NCBI GenBank assembly: GCA_964188305.1
Contig: OZ076886.1
Length of the DNA: 64,000 nt
Origin: Podarcis bocagei
Lineage: Eukaryota
Reading direction: 5' to 3' (one strand)
Of the stretch, positions 1-14,329 are shown piece after piece. The position numbers and the translations under genes were made by a program. Every line of letters begins with the position of its first letter. The stretch's first letter is position 1. The notes beneath the pieces are model-generated. The model worked only from the letters and a program-made list of their open reading frames with translations. It did not search any database and was not told the origin of the DNA.

Positions 1-1164
1 GAGAGCTGAGTGCAGGATGGGGACCAAAGGTGGACAAACTACTGCACAAGGAGTACAATGTGTACCAGGGCTGCTACTCCTTCCCTAACACCCCATAAAC
101 CCTGATGGCATATAAATGTCAATGAAAAATAAGAACGCACCCAGCAAAGAAATGATATATGTTGTAAAGACTTATGGTTTTAGCCTTTTTCTAATAGAGC
201 AATCCTATAATCAGATTGGATTGCAACATCACCTTTGTTGAGGTGATCCATGCAACTAATCTTTCTCATGATGCTGCTAGTATCCCTGTCTTGCAGAGGA
301 AACCACAATGAAGTCCATGTTAAAATTTTACAGTATAGGCAATATTGGAGTTGAGAGTTTTCCAGGTGCTTGTCGCTAGCAGCCTGTCAACATGATTTAC
401 TTACTACCTGTCCCGCAGCTCTCTGTTTTACTCTGGTTATTAAGAAAATCTTTTTGATTAAGAGGCTATACAACTGCACCCCTAAAGATAACTACTAGGG
501 AGTCAGTTCCATTGATCTTGATGTAAGTAAGTAAGACTCTTGAGGTTTTGGGCTGCACACAGACTCAGATCTTTCTGCTCTGCAGATCTTCTGTTTCCAC
601 TTCAGATGTGGCTGTTTATGAGTTGGTGGTCACCTAAGTATAACATTTTCTTTGCCTCTCCAAATTAAGGGGCACTCACTGCCACTTGGTGCCAACCACA
701 TCTGGAGTCCAGGCGAGCCGGCAAATGGGACCAAATGCAGCAAGCTGGAGGACTGCATGGGGCTCGTGCCAAATGAAATGCAGCTCTGTTTATTTAGAGG
801 AACTTTCTTCCCCTTTTGAGTCCCAGACAAGGTATCTCCGAGGAGGAGCCGCGTTCCAATATTTCACTGAGCAATAAACATGTCTGGTTATTGTTACGGT
901 GACACTTGGAAAAATAACCAATATGTCAGGATGGAGGATTGTGGGCCGATGGAGAGGAGATTGTTAATGTCTGCTGGCTTTTGGCTGCAGAGAAGAAAAG
1001 AAAAACAGCTAAGCCACTTTCTCTGGCCTCAACAGTGACAGAAGTTGACTAAAAATTAATAATTATTTGGCTGGGAAGCCTTCTGCATTCACTCTCCCCA
1101 TTTATCTTTTTTAATGTTTCTGGAGATGTGATTTCTACCTGCATACAGGGAGCTTTAAAAACAG

Positions 1165-1345
1165 GAATATAGGGGGCTGCCTTATACCCTTGTTCCACCG
1201 AGCTCAATATTTTCTGCACTGACTGGCAGAGGCTGTCCAGGGTTTCAGAGAGCAGACATTTGCAGTCCTACCTGGAAATGCTGGGGACTGAACCTGGCAC
1301 ATCTGCAGCATGCAAAGGAGATGCTCTGCCACTGAGAAACAGTCC
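1165..1345 (-). mobile_element. Squam3-like SINE
   Basis: Reverse-complement similarity to 2600-2792. Confidence 0.7.
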
Positions 1346-2599
1346 TTCCTCCAAACAAACCTGGTCAACCAAAAGTCACAAAGCAAGGTGTGCTCCATCA
1401 CCAGCCTGTGGGTTCACCAGAACTCTTATACCGACTGAATATGAAGCAAAAATGTGGGGGCCCCTGCAAAACAAGGGCAGGTTGAGAGAAAGAGAATTTG
1501 CTGGATGCAAAGGAAGCCCTAGCCTGCATATTCTAACAGTCTTAAAGCAGAACTGAGAAAAGTTTGCAGACTGCATTTGATGCACTTGGGAATCTCTAAT
1601 AGCAAATCTTTCATCTCACACAACATTTGATCATTGTTATCCCATTGGCTTCATGCAAAAACTCTGTGGATGAGCCTGTATCTAAATGACACTACGTAAG
1701 GCATAAGGAAATTGCATTCTTGGGAATCGGATGTAATAACTCTCCTACCACCTGGGAGTGTTGTACAAAGGGCAGCAGAGGGAGGCTAGCTTCCTTACAG
1801 CAAGTGACACTCAGGGGTGCTAAGGGAGCCTCCTCCCTGCCTCCATCTCTGAGTAGCAGGTCTTCCTTGGGCAAAGAGGCTGAAATGTCACCTCCTCTGC
1901 CTCCCATCAAGTATCCAAAGCAGCTGTGAGATTGCTTGCTGCTTGAGATGATTGACAGAACTGAGAGCCAATGATAGCACCGGTTTGTTTTTCATGGGCT
2001 TTCCCCACCCTCCAAACCCCACCACTGAAGGAAGTTAAATCACATGCTGAGCCTACATGGCTTTTCTGCTTTGATCTTCCTTCCAATGGCTCCAGGGTGA
2101 GAGTGAGCACTGTCATCTTAGCTATCTCCTTTTTATCTTGTTTATTCTTGGAGAGGCCCAAGTTTATTTTTCTTCGGCTCTGGAAGGTACATTTATAAGT
2201 AGAACACACTTCAAAAAAGGCAATCCTCCCAGCCTTTACTTTATGCATATCCACTGTGTTCTTCTGGTGATTTAGTTGCTGTTGTGCATTACAATGAACA
2301 CTAATATTACCTGTGTCTCTTTATAGCATGGCATTGCGGTCCATGCTGTTTGGCCTAGAAGGAGCCAGCACACTATGAATATATACAGGAGGGGAAAGTG
2401 TCGCCACCAGGGAGCTGCAGACTTGCACTAACAGAGGGGAACAGATCAAGCTTCAATGTCTAGAACTGGTCGATCTGACTATGATTGCCTGCCTAAGTGT
2501 ATTTGGCAGCCAATCCCAGTCACCAACACAGTATCGCCAGATGCGTGAGAATTCTTGAACACACAACAACTTTTGCATCCAATTCGAAACTATACAAAA

Positions 2600-2792
2600 A
2601 AAGATCATAGCAAAGTGGTAGGGCATCTGTTTTGCATGCTGAAGGTCCCAGGTTCAACCCCCAGCATCTCCAGGTAGGGCTAGGAGAGACCTCTCTTTGA
2701 AATCCTGGAGAGCTGCTGCCAGTCAGTGTTGATGATACTGAATTCAATGGATCATTGGTGTGACTCCAGATAAGGCAGTTTCTTTGGTTCCT
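2600..2792 (+). mobile_element. Squam3-like tRNA-derived SINE
   Basis: tRNA-like head (GTGGTAGGGCATCTG...GGTCCCAGGTTCAACCCC) and body; related copies at about 1165-1345 and 44490-44755. Confidence 0.75.
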
Positions 2793-5700
2793 AAGAATGT
2801 AGAGCGGCAGGAGTAATTTGGATGGCCTAGGAGCAGTTCCTTGTGCGGCCTGCAATTTTCATACATGAGCAGAAGAGCACACCAAAGGAGTCTGGAGAGA
2901 AAGGATCTGTTTTTGGGTTGCTTCTGCTGCTGTGCATCTGGCAGTGGATCTTCTCTTCCACAGCAGCATTGGCATGTGGGAGGGAGGAGAAGGAGCACAA
3001 GATGACACAGGCAACTCCCTTAGGCAAATTGAGAAAGAAAGAGGGCATACCCTCCAACGTTTCTTCAATGAAAATAGGGACATACTAAGGAAAACTGGGA
3101 CATTCTGGGATCAAATCAGAAATCAGGATGGCTTTTCTAAATCATGGACGTCTGTGGAAAAGAGAGGACGAGCCACCTCTTTCTCTCCCTCAGTTTGCCT
3201 AGGTGAGTTGCCTGTGTCATCATGTCTTCTGGCAATGCATATCAGGAAGTGGAATGAAAAAGGCTGAAGATGGATTGCTTTTTTGTGAGAGTGGCACAAG
3301 TACAAAAACTAGGCCTGAGCCTAGCACCTTTGGAGAATTGACTGCTCCTCAATCCTGACTCCAGTCTTTCAGAACCAATTTTGTTATACATGAAAGAGTT
3401 GCTCCCAAATCTCCCAGATGTTGCTTCCTGACATTTCCAATTGAACAAGCGGGAATCAGAAACACTTTGCCTATCTACTACAAATGTTCCAGCAAGTGGT
3501 ATTTCATTGGGTACCAACCCACCCCTCTTCTAGGAAGTTGCTTGGGGACTGGGACTGACCATGGGTGTATTTGCCTTCCACCTGCTCAACCTTCATGCTT
3601 GTAAATGAACGGTTGATTACCGCCATAAGTCTAACCAGCACTTCCTTCTTTGGAGAACACTCATCCTGTAAAAGGGTGCCCAGGAACTTCTTACTGTGAA
3701 GGGAAATGAGGAACAGGGGCGTAATTTTTTACCTGTTGCCATTTCAGGCTTTGCTCTCTAGTTGTTGAGGCCATTTAAAAAGTCAACGTTGTAAAGTAAT
3801 CCCAGTTATCATATGTGTCAGTTCCATTTTTCAGGGTTCTCTTCTCTCGGTTTGGATTAGAACGTGGAGCTGAGCACAAAAAGCCAGACCCTGCAAAGGA
3901 TCAAGATAAAGCATCCCTGTATGTGATACGGTTAAAAAGAAGAAAGTGAAACACTTTCATCTTGTTCTATAGATATATCCCACGTGGGCCTGTCTATGGA
4001 GCCTGGTGTGCTCTGATCCTTCCGGAGGCCGCCTCCCTGCCTGCCCTCTCTGCACTTATCACAGGAACAGAGGGACACAAGCAGCATTATCGCCTTGAAA
4101 GGCTCAGAACGGCATTTTCTTTTCATGCAGAAAGTGACACTGAACACAGAGCAAAACGTACTCACTCACAGTGCGACAAGGTGGCCTGCCATCTGGGCCC
4201 GGCAGGGTTTAAAAGGTGGAGATAACTGGGCTTTTGGTGTGCCATTAGAAAAGCTGACAACACAGTCGGATTTGATCAGTATCACTTTCTGTATCTAAAA
4301 ATAAAAATATGGGACGGGGGGCAGGCATAAGCAGCGCCAGGAAATGTCTCACCTGCATTACCAAGGCACTGCACTTCACTGAGGGAACTCTCATTGCCTT
4401 TCTCATGACATATCCTGCTAACATGCTATTCCTAAAATAGGCAAAAGAGGATGTCTTTTGTTGAAGCGAGTTGCTGGAAGATGCAGCCTTGCAAGCCCAT
4501 ACAGGGCCCTTTGTTCCATCACAGGTATTGGGAGCAAAAATGCTGTCAAATGGAATGTGGTATCAGTACTGAAGTTTGGGCTTTTGTGGCCTGCTTGCCA
4601 AGGTCATTGTTGAGCAGGAGGGTATGCAGTCCTGCCTATTGTGTGATATGTAGGTGTTGAAGTCCTTTCCAGTTCTTTGCTATGAGTAGTTGTGCCACCA
4701 CCAGGAGAAAAGTGGTGAGTTCCTTATAAAGCAAATTGAGCTGCTTTTCTTTAAACATTTGTTTCTTGGATTACATTGTACACAATGATTTGCAATATTG
4801 CTTATTTCCACATATACACTTTCCCAGAATGCACATGAACACGTGTGGAATATCATCCCAACTGCCTTACATCCTCTCCAACACAGTGGTGAAAATGTTT
4901 TGTCTATGTATCTTAAAGGTGTTAAATGCCACCTATAACTTAACAGAATTATCTCTTACACTCTTACACTGATGTTAAAAGGTTTTTTTTGCCCTTAAGA
5001 TGTTCCAATCAGCCTCTTCAATTTTGGTACCCATAATAGTTTGGTTGCTGAGCATTGTCCAAGAGTCAGATCATTGAGTATTTTGTACAATATCCGACTG
5101 CTAAATTTTGAAGCTGCTTTCGCATGGGGTGAGCATTATATTTTGTTACTGCAGAAGTTCCTGATGCTAATTCTTTCCTATTCACAGAACAATTTTACCC
5201 TGGAATGCTCCATAACTTGACCATATAAGACACTGCCATATCTGATCTCATTCAGTCATATGACTTCTTTGGCTTTCCTAATCATTTGGACTAATGCCTT
5301 TGTACTGTGCTAGTGTGTTTCTTTTTCCCACACACAACTCTCACGAAATAGCCATGAAAATTTTGAGTGCAGCACATGTCAAAGCCAGACAGCACTCGCC
5401 TTTATTTTATCTTTAATTAAATGGGTCATCTAAAATAAACGACCAGGAACTCAAACTAAAATTGCTTTCAACAACTACTTGAACATTCAGTTTCCACAAA
5501 TATTAAAGACAGCTTAAGCACTGAAATGTTTATGGAAAATTTGAATGAAAAAGGCAGATCTGAATTAGGTCTCCACCCCAGTTCACACAAGTGTGTGTGG
5601 ATGTTTTAACATTGGCCTTACACTAATTCCGTAAGTATTGACAGAAGGTAAGGAAAGGATGGTGTAAAGCCAGCAAATAATAACATTTCCAGTAAATTTG

Positions 5701-6562
5701 TCCATCAGTTGTTGAACAAACACAGCAGACAGTTTTGAAGCAATAAAAATATTTAAATGTAACCTGAGCCTTGGAGTCAAATGAGAGCTAAAGCTTGTTT
5801 TTCATTCTTAAAAACTGGATGTGTTTCACAATGAATACAAAGTTTCCACTTCCGATAATACTTTACAGCAGATTGCCAAATTTAAATTTGCCTTACAGGA
5901 GTAGGTCAACTGAATTATCGAAAGGCTGAATGACGTAAGACAAGGCAAGAGAGCTTTTCACTCATGGCAGAACAATACCTTTTAACCTGCAAATTGAATG
6001 TTAAATCTAGCTGTCCAGGACAGCCAGAATCTGTTTCTACTCAGCTGGGCTGCCTAAACTTTTAAATATAGTTACTACTACGGAGGGTTTTCTCACTGAG
6101 TTTTTACTGAGCTCTCAGTGAGCTACTTTGTGATCATTTTGAAATGCCAGTTGTTTTGTCGAAAAAATCTGGAGCAGAGTGAGCAGACACATTTATACCA
6201 GTCCATTGAGAATGCAGTTCACATGCAAAGCTGTTTTCCATCTGTGGATTGCTCTCCATATATGACCCTTCAGGCCTGGGGCCAAATTCAGCCTTCCAGC
6301 CCTCTCTATCTGCCCTCAGGTGCCACCTCCTCCTCAACCATGGCCTCTCCCCAGACCACACCCCTCAGCCACACAAATTTGCACTTCCCTTGAGTGCTTT
6401 TGCCTGACTGGCCATGCCCTTGAACTCTGATAAATGCCTCTTGCTTGATGGGATGGTAGATAGACAGGCATGTGTGAGCTTCTGTAACAGTAGCCTACTG
6501 CATTAAGGTAAAATTTACATTTGTTGCTGGCCCCCTTTTGCATCTGGTCCGGCCCTCCACTG

Positions 6563-6563
<1 letters not shown>

Positions 6564-6607
<44 letters not shown>

Positions 6608-6880
6608 GCAACCCATCTGACTGGGTTGGCCCAGCCACTTTGGGTGGCTCCCAATAAAATAATAAAAACTCAATAAAACATCAGACATTAAAATCTTCCC
6701 TATACAGGACTGCCTTCAAATGTCTTCTATTTTGTCAAATAGTTGTTTATTTCCCTGACATCTGACAGGAGGGCACTCCATAGGGCAGGCATGACTACAG
6801 AGAAGGCCCTCTGCCTGGTTCCCTGTAACCTCACTTCTCGCATTGGGGGAACTGCCCGAAGGCCCTCAGCGCTGGATCTC
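6564..6880 (-). mobile_element. L2-like LINE 3' end with (AAT)n tail
   Basis: Reverse-complement similarity to 58575-58872; microsatellite tail at 6564-6608. Confidence 0.75.
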
Positions 6881-8465
6881 CGAAAGATGCTCGGTTTTGG
6901 AAAGTCTCCAGGGGACCTTCCTCTCTATGTACTTAAGCCTTTGGATGTGGTGGTGACGAGAGCTAACGAAAATAGCAGCAGCAACAGGGTGTGGCCCACC
7001 TGGCTTCCTCCCTCTGTTTTCGAGAGGAGCTGTGCATACCTACAGGCAGGCTTGCATCTGCAGCTTGTCTATTCTCAGCCTCGCTGGATTGCAGCCAGCC
7101 AGCCATTCCCAGCCCTCTCCCAGCTGGCATGCGCGCCTGAGCCACTTGGCAGGCGACAGCCACCACATGCATCTGACGGTGGCATTTTTAGAAACACCAC
7201 AGCGATGAACTCACCCTCCCGTTTGGAGGAAGCGTCTTAATGCGGAAAGCATCTCTCTCCAATAAGCACATTCCCCATCCCACATCAATTCATTGAAATG
7301 TTATTTATGTTCTCTACACACAAGTCATTCTATTGTCTTTAGGACAGTCTAATTTGAGGCGGATACTGCTTTGGGTGCAGGGTGACTGCCCCTCACTCCC
7401 ATGTGCAACATGTTAAGTGGTGCAAACATATGTACTTTGCAACCGAAAAAGGAGGTAGGTGATCTAAGCAACAGCTTTCGCCACGGCCATTTATGGCAAG
7501 CGGTTGCCAGCCTTGGTTCGGTATAAGCAACTGCCTCTGGGCAAGCCTGTATTTCCTGCATGATAGTTGTATGGTGATCAGACCTCCACAACAGTGGCTA
7601 CATGCCAGCCTCGGTAGGTTTGGTATAACAGCTAATTGTTAGACAAATTGTTTTAAGTGATTGTTTAACTAAGTTGCTAAAAAATAAATGAATCATATAC
7701 TTTTTTTTTTTTTTTGCAAAATTGTGCAGAGATTTTTTGTTTTGCTTTTACTTCCATTGACAGTTTAGCACAACAAAATTACATTGAAACTTATTACAGA
7801 CTGCAGGGGTCCACGATGCTTCTAATGACAACAGTTGCATTGTATTATATGAAGACAGCATACAAATCAGCAGCCAAATTGCAAGTTAACATAATATGAC
7901 AAATAGGAACCATGCCTTCCTGAAGTCTCCTTCTTGTATTTTCCTACTCCCTAGCCTACCTTGTTAACTTTTCAACATGGGCTGGATGCCAAACACAAAT
8001 GACCCCCTTCAAACAGGGTTAAGTTTCCACAGCCTCCCAATTTTGCTGTATTCTCATGCATACTACAAGCAGCATATACTGCAATGAGCCTTTCAGCCTT
8101 AAACAATAGCTACCCTTTTTGGACATCCACAATATGGGTTCCATCTGAGGTTAAGCATCAGATACTATGGTGGACAGAGAATACTTGTGCAAAGGTCAGA
8201 ACTTACAGGATTTTGGGTACCAAAAGTCCTTTGCATGAGAATGAAGAGAAAAGGTTCTCAGATGGACCACACAGCGAAGACGCTGAAACAGGCTGGGCAG
8301 GCATTTCAACCCATTGATTTGATTAAGTGTTGGGCATCTCTTCATCAGAGGCATTTACACGGGTGCAAGATGAAATAGCGCTGGAAGTTTTATAAAAGGA
8401 AGGAAGGAAGTTATTCAGCTACAAATAGATAAAGAAATAAAAACATTTGAAAACACACTCAAGTC

Positions 8466-8792
8466 TAAACCACAGAGTCTAGGACTTGCCGATCAGGTCA
8501 ACGGTTCAAATCCCTGCGATGGGGTGAGCTCCCGTTGCTTGGTCCCTGCTCCTGCCAACCTAGCAGTTTGAAAACACATCAAAGTGCAAGTAGATAAATA
8601 GGTACCGCTCCAGTGGGAAGGTAAATGGCGTTTCTGTGCGCTGCTCTGGTTCACCAGAAGTGGCTAGTCATGCTGACCACATGACCCGGAAGCTGTACGC
8701 CAGCTCCCTCGGCCAGTAAAGCGAGATGAGCGCAGCAACCCCAGAGTCGTCCACGACTGGACCTAATGGTCCAGTCTTTACCCTTTACCTTT
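8466..8792 (+). mobile_element. Sauria SINE (slightly 5'-truncated)
   Basis: B-box GGTTCAAATCC, typical body, ACCTTT tail; similar to three other copies in the window. Confidence 0.9.
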
Positions 8793-10207
8793 AAGATACT
8801 AGGAAAAAGAGAAAAGGAGAGGGGGTTTGTTTTTAGAATTTGTGATTTTAATAAATACATTACACTACCATGCAGTAGTGCTGATAATGAAGATATGCAT
8901 GTCTGCTTTCATCTTTTGATCAAATCCATATTCGAAAACCCCCCAAAGAATGCATTCATAAAGAAAAATTATCCACATTGTTTGCTGAGCAACAACACAA
9001 TGTTGGAATTGCATCAGCAGTGTCAAACACTTTTGGACAAAAACTATTAACGGTTGAAAACTTTTTTCTAGGTTGCTTCCACGTTGCCAACCTAAATTAT
9101 GCAGTGCAATGCAGAGTCTTTTAAAAACGTTTTAAACATTTTAAATTTAATTTTATTTGTACTTAGTATTAACTTTTTGGTGCTTGCTGCCCCGGTCTCC
9201 TTTGAGAGGAAGGGCAGGTTAATAATAATATAATAAGAAACAAATAAATCTATCATGGGTGCAGAGCTGTGCGTATATGCAGAACAGTTAACAGCTGAGA
9301 TCCTTCTCTACTCAGCAACTTAGCTGGATGCACATTGTTTGGGGTGCATGGCAACATGTTCAGTCATTACCTGAAAGACGCTGCTCATAGCAGCCAGTGG
9401 CCCAGCTTAGACCAGATCCCAGGAAGCAAGCAACTCATGCCGTGCTAACATAGCCTGCACCCATAGCTTTGGGCTCAGCTAATGGCATGTGTCATGGTTG
9501 TGGACAGTATCTGACGCTGCAGTTCCACTGGCACAGCAGACTTCCATGGAGCAAACGTCTTCCTCTCTTTTTCCCTCCAGCCGCTCACCACAAGACCAAG
9601 TCTGGAGGGTTGGGGGACCATCCAGAACAAATTTAGAGGCAGCGCAGGGGGAGAAGAGAACATGGAAGTCCTGTCACATCAGTGGAATGCTGCTGGCCCG
9701 ACACTGAATACAACCCCGCATGCTTAGGACATTGTGCACCCTGTTGAGAGCCGACAGGGAAGGAGAGGGGCACTATAGTGTCTTACAGGGATTTCCTTCC
9801 ATACTCACAGGCCTGCAGTGGTGCAGCTGTGGCCATGTGAAGGGCTGGATGATGCCACTGACTTATAATCCTGCAAGATATCCCAATGCCTTTTAAACTG
9901 ACGAGAGAACAGGAAAAGGACAGGGAAGTTTTAGGAGCTGATATGCCAAGCAATTTACATCTCTATCCAAAGGTCGCCATTAGGCCTCCAAAGCAAATCT
10001 TGGAATGAAGCAAATGGACTGACCTGAGCTGCACCCTTAAGATAAATAGATGGACAAAGGAAGATACAGTACATTTACAATAATGCCAGTTATGGAGAGA
10101 TTTTAGAAATTGCCTCGTTGCTTCTTTCATCTGCAGAAACAACTGAAGTAAAAGTCATTTTTGTAACTTAAAGGGCGACGTTTCCTCCTTCAGTTCATAA
10201 GGCATTT

Positions 10208-10261
10208 TTTATTTAAAAAATCAGGACTCCCTGCTCTATCTGTATTCAAATACACTTTATT
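10208..10261 (-). terminator. Candidate BNIP1 polyadenylation signals
   Basis: Two AATAAA on the minus strand (10261-10256, 10213-10208), 370-420 nt after the stop. Confidence 0.6.
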
Positions 10262-10629
10262 AAAGGAATGTATCTAAATGTATTTTCAGTAATACTGTCC
10301 CCCTCCTCTCAGGAACAGATCTCTGGAGGAAGGAAGTGGAATACACATTCCAAGCCAAAGACAAGAGAGAGGCTCAATATGTCTTCCACCATCCAGTTCA
10401 GAACTGACACCTGCCATTCTCAGAGAAACAGGTCATATTCTTATCGTTCCTTGCCCTAACCTGCAGCTCAATTAGCTTACATAAGCAAGTCTAAATCTTC
10501 ACAGACTGCTAATATGTTCTGTTTATGAACATTTGTGAATGTTCTCTTGATTAGAAGAGTGTCAGGTCTTTGTGAGAAAGCCTTCATTCATCCTTCCTCA
10601 GTCACGCTTCTTCTCCTCATCTGAGAATT

Positions 10630-10826
10630 TTACAAAAAGGGGAACAGTCTCTTCTTCAGGATGTAAAGCACGGTGGCCAAAAACAAGGCAAGGGCGAGAA
10701 AGATGAGCAGTTTATCTGTCAGCTCCCTGCGGTTGTACTTGGTAATGAGCTTCCGTCCCAGCTGTATTGTCCCGGACATGGATTTGAATTCCTCATTGGC
10801 ATCCAGAATGGTTCGTGAAGAACTGA
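10630..10826 (-). CDS. BNIP1: BNIP1 exon 6 coding part (VSSSRTILDANEEFK...TM anchor...KKRLFPFL*)
   Basis: 197 nt to TAA; total 687 nt = 228 aa; C-terminal transmembrane tail anchor. Confidence 0.97.
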
Positions 10827-13252
10827 CTGAAAAGAGAAAATGCAACATTTCAGCCCAGCGTTTCAAAGGCACTATCAAAAGCACACATACTATGCAAGTC
10901 CACTTTGGGTCCTGTAGCACAGAATAAAACACACAATGCAATAGGTACATTGGCTCAAAGCCCCATGGAAGCAGGCTGCAGAACTTTTCCATTTGAGAAA
11001 AGCTGAGGACAAGTCTGGTGAAGACAACGCAGCACAAAGGAGATTGTTCCATTAGTGCAAGCCTATCTGCTTGCCTGATGAAATGATGTCCCCTCTCCTT
11101 CCCCAACCCACCAGAGCATATTTGGGGAAGGTGCGGTGAAAGACATGCAGCAGGAGGGGAGAAATCCTGTTGTGTCAGAAGAAGTCTAGCTTCCATTAGC
11201 AAAATGGGTTAGCTGAATACAGCCCAACATTTGCCTTCATCCAAGAACCACCACAGACCAAATGGCCTTGCATTTTTCTGTGGAGCCCCATTCTTAGAAG
11301 ACAAAGAGCCGGCCCATATCCATAAGTGAAATTGACTGTGATTAGCAAGTCTCCCTGTTGCAATTAGAAAAATCTAATCTCAGTCCAAAATTTCATAATG
11401 AAGCCAGATGGAATGATATCAACTGGCTAAGTAGAAAAGACATAATTGGCAATGGGAGTAAATGTAGATTTGGTGTCAATGGCATGCTATCCGCTGCAAA
11501 AAAATGACAGATACTGCAATGTTGATGTTACTTGATAACAGGCTTTGTGGGATTTCCAATGTGGCAGTTTAAAAGCCAGAATGTCCGTTTTCACCAGCTG
11601 CTAATTTAGAATAGAGTGGAAAATTTTGAAACTGAAAAGAAAAGAGTTAAGATGATACTGTTTTGATACATTTCCAAACAAGGTTAGAATGTGGATCAGG
11701 AGCTGTTTAAAATCAATCATGATAATACCTTGGGGAGAAATTTAATACAGCACTAAGGAGATCACTTTATCTGTGCAAACATTTTTGCTTGCCTGATGGA
11801 ACTATCTCCTCCTCACTCCCCTTTGGGCTGTTCATGGGTTCTCCCAATCCTCAAGGAAGGCACGGGAGGAACACTGGGGTTAGGGGAAGCCCTGTTGCAC
11901 TGGCAGAAGTCCTTGCACAGGCTTCCACTAGCAGGACCACTTAGTTGAATATGACCTACGGACTTCCTAATACACACAAGTTGCTCTGATGTCCAGCACC
12001 TTTTCTCTGAAGTGAGTAAAAGGTCATTTTTTAGTCTTTCTCGCTTGCAGAAATGTCAAGTAAACTAAAAACATGTGTGCTGATCATAATAAATTACACA
12101 GCTTTGCAACCAAGTACAAAATATATTGCAAGAAGTGGCCCTAAAATGAACCACTGTGCAGGGCTTCAGTTTCCATTATGGGAGGTAAATTAAAACACAC
12201 ACTAATGGCAAAATGTTTAGAAGCAAGCAGCTAAGGAACCAGTATATTCCTACATAGGTGGCCCCCAGAAGGGCATTTCAGTTTGCAAATACATTTTGCT
12301 TGAGAATGAAATTTTATCAGAACCAAATACGTTTCTTTGCCATTTTATTTTACAACCAAAGAGAAAAGTTTTGTCATTCTCATGGTACATGAAAGATTGA
12401 GGTTGTTTATCATGGGAAGCGACAACTGTGGGCTTCCTGACTCCACAGATTATTTATTGCTTGCTGCTGTAAGGACTTCTTCATTTTTCCATCGTGGCAA
12501 CATTTTAATGGTAGATTAAGTACAGCTGGCTTTTTCAAGACGAGTGACCTTTGCTAGCTATACCTCAACCAAACAGGATGGACTCTTTAACAGAGGACAG
12601 TCTCACTGCCAAGACTGTCACTTAGTGAGAGAGGAAGCATACACTGAGGAGCTGCAGACAACCATCAGCCCTGGAGGGAGAAGGAAGAGAAGAGGCGGAC
12701 ACTGTGTTTATTGAATCCATCCTTTCTGTTTCTCCCAGCAAAGAAAAGGCAGAAGGTCCAGCTGGTCCACTTTCCAAATGACCCACAAATTTTAACAGCA
12801 GATTTGATATACAGTTTTGAGGGCTCAAAACTGTCAGGCCAAACTCTGGCTTTCTAACGCAAAGCCCAAAACTCTTTCAGAAATGCTTTAAGACATTGCT
12901 TGTATTGAGTGAAATAAGTTAATGTGGGTGGGAGAAAAAGAAAAGCCCCATTTGAAACACATGCATGTTCTTCAGAGTCCACGCTGTAGAGGTCTGGATT
13001 TCATACATGGTATCCTGATGTGTGATATGATATGATGATACGACATGATATGACATGACTTGACATATTATACCATAATATCAACATGCTGGTTAGGGAG
13101 AAAGGAGCGTTTCTTTTTCCATAGCTGGTGAAGTAGCCAAGAGAGCTACTGGAGGAGGGAATCAATCATGTTGTTCCTCCTTTGCCAGTTCACTGCAATT
13201 CTGTGCTTCCCGGCATAGGATTAAATATTTAGCTGTAGGAGGCAGCAAGCGA

Positions 13253-13490
13253 NNNNNNNNNNNNNNNNNNNNNNNNNNNNNNNNNNNNNNNNNNNNNNNN
13301 NNNNNNNNNNNNNNNNNNNNNNNNNNNNNNNNNNNNNNNNNNNNNNNNNNNNNNNNNNNNNNNNNNNNNNNNNNNNNNNNNNNNNNNNNNNNNNNNNNNN
13401 NNNNNNNNNNNNNNNNNNNNNNNNNNNNNNNNNNNNNNNNNNNNNNNNNNNNNNNNNNNNNNNNNNNNNNNNNNNNNNNNNNNNNNNNNN
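13253..13490. other. Assembly gap (238 N) in BNIP1 intron 5
   Basis: Run of N. Confidence 1.
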
Positions 13491-13718
13491 TTTATATTGT
13501 AAACCATCCTGTGATCTTTGGATGAAGGGCAGTATAGAAATTTAATAACTAAAGGGAGTTTAATAACTCCACAGCAGATCTGGAGGGTGGAACATGAGAA
13601 CAGGCCTTTTCAGTAATATCTTCCTGTTTGTGGAAGGTTTTTAAATTTTTATTGGTTGGCTTGCTGTAAATGTAAGTGTTTATACTGTGTTGTAAGTTGC
13701 TTTGATGAGTCAACCAAC

Positions 13719-13770
<52 letters not shown>
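13719..13770. repeat. (TTA)n microsatellite
   Basis: Direct reading. Confidence 0.95.
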
Positions 13771-13773
<3 letters not shown>

Positions 13774-13812
13774 AACAACGACCAAAACTGCACACTGTGG
13801 TCATTTACTTAC

Positions 13813-13931
13813 CTAAGGTCTGCATCGTCTCCTCACTCTGCCGTACCTGCTGAGACATCATCCTGCTAATACCCATCAGGTTCTCTGTGATGTTACTGGC
13901 CCCCTCTGCCAAACTTTCCTTTGTAGTTTTT
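13813..13931 (-). CDS. BNIP1: BNIP1 exon 5 (KTTKESLAEGASNITENLMGISRMMSQQVRQSEETMQTL)
   Basis: 119 nt, AG/GT boundaries, SNARE motif. Confidence 0.97.
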
Positions 13932-14329
13932 CTAAAAGAAAAGAAGGGGGTGGGAATCAAACTTAATATAAAAACAAAATTATATTCCCGATTACTCAAA
14001 ATGCTTCAAAAGTGATGGGAACCATAGAGCTGGAAGATATCAGCCAAGCATTCATATACACATACAAATGCAAGCATACGCCTTTAACGTTCTGTTTCGA
14101 AATAAGTCTTAAATTAGAAATCAGGGCAAATTATTCATAAAAGGTTTAGGTTAATCTTTAAACATTTCGTCCAAAATAGCCATCTGGCTGAAGTACAGGG
14201 GTAAAATTAAAATGTAATCAAAGATCAATACATCTAACTTGGCACAATGGCAAGCAACCATTTTAATGATCTAATATCCTGTTTGCTCCTTACTGTGCAA
14301 TCCTATTCAGAAGCCAGTAAGTTAAACGG

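Noticed and set aside
1-100. Possible terminal coding exon at the window start
   Set aside because: Short open frames with no recognisable homology
6334-6654. Poly-Tyr ORF (also the poly-Asn and poly-Ile ORFs at 13549 and 30267)
   Set aside because: Translations of (AAT)n microsatellites
10827-11202. N-terminal part of the 190-aa ORF
   Set aside because: Intron sequence upstream of the BNIP1 exon 6 acceptor, open by chance and partly repeat-derived
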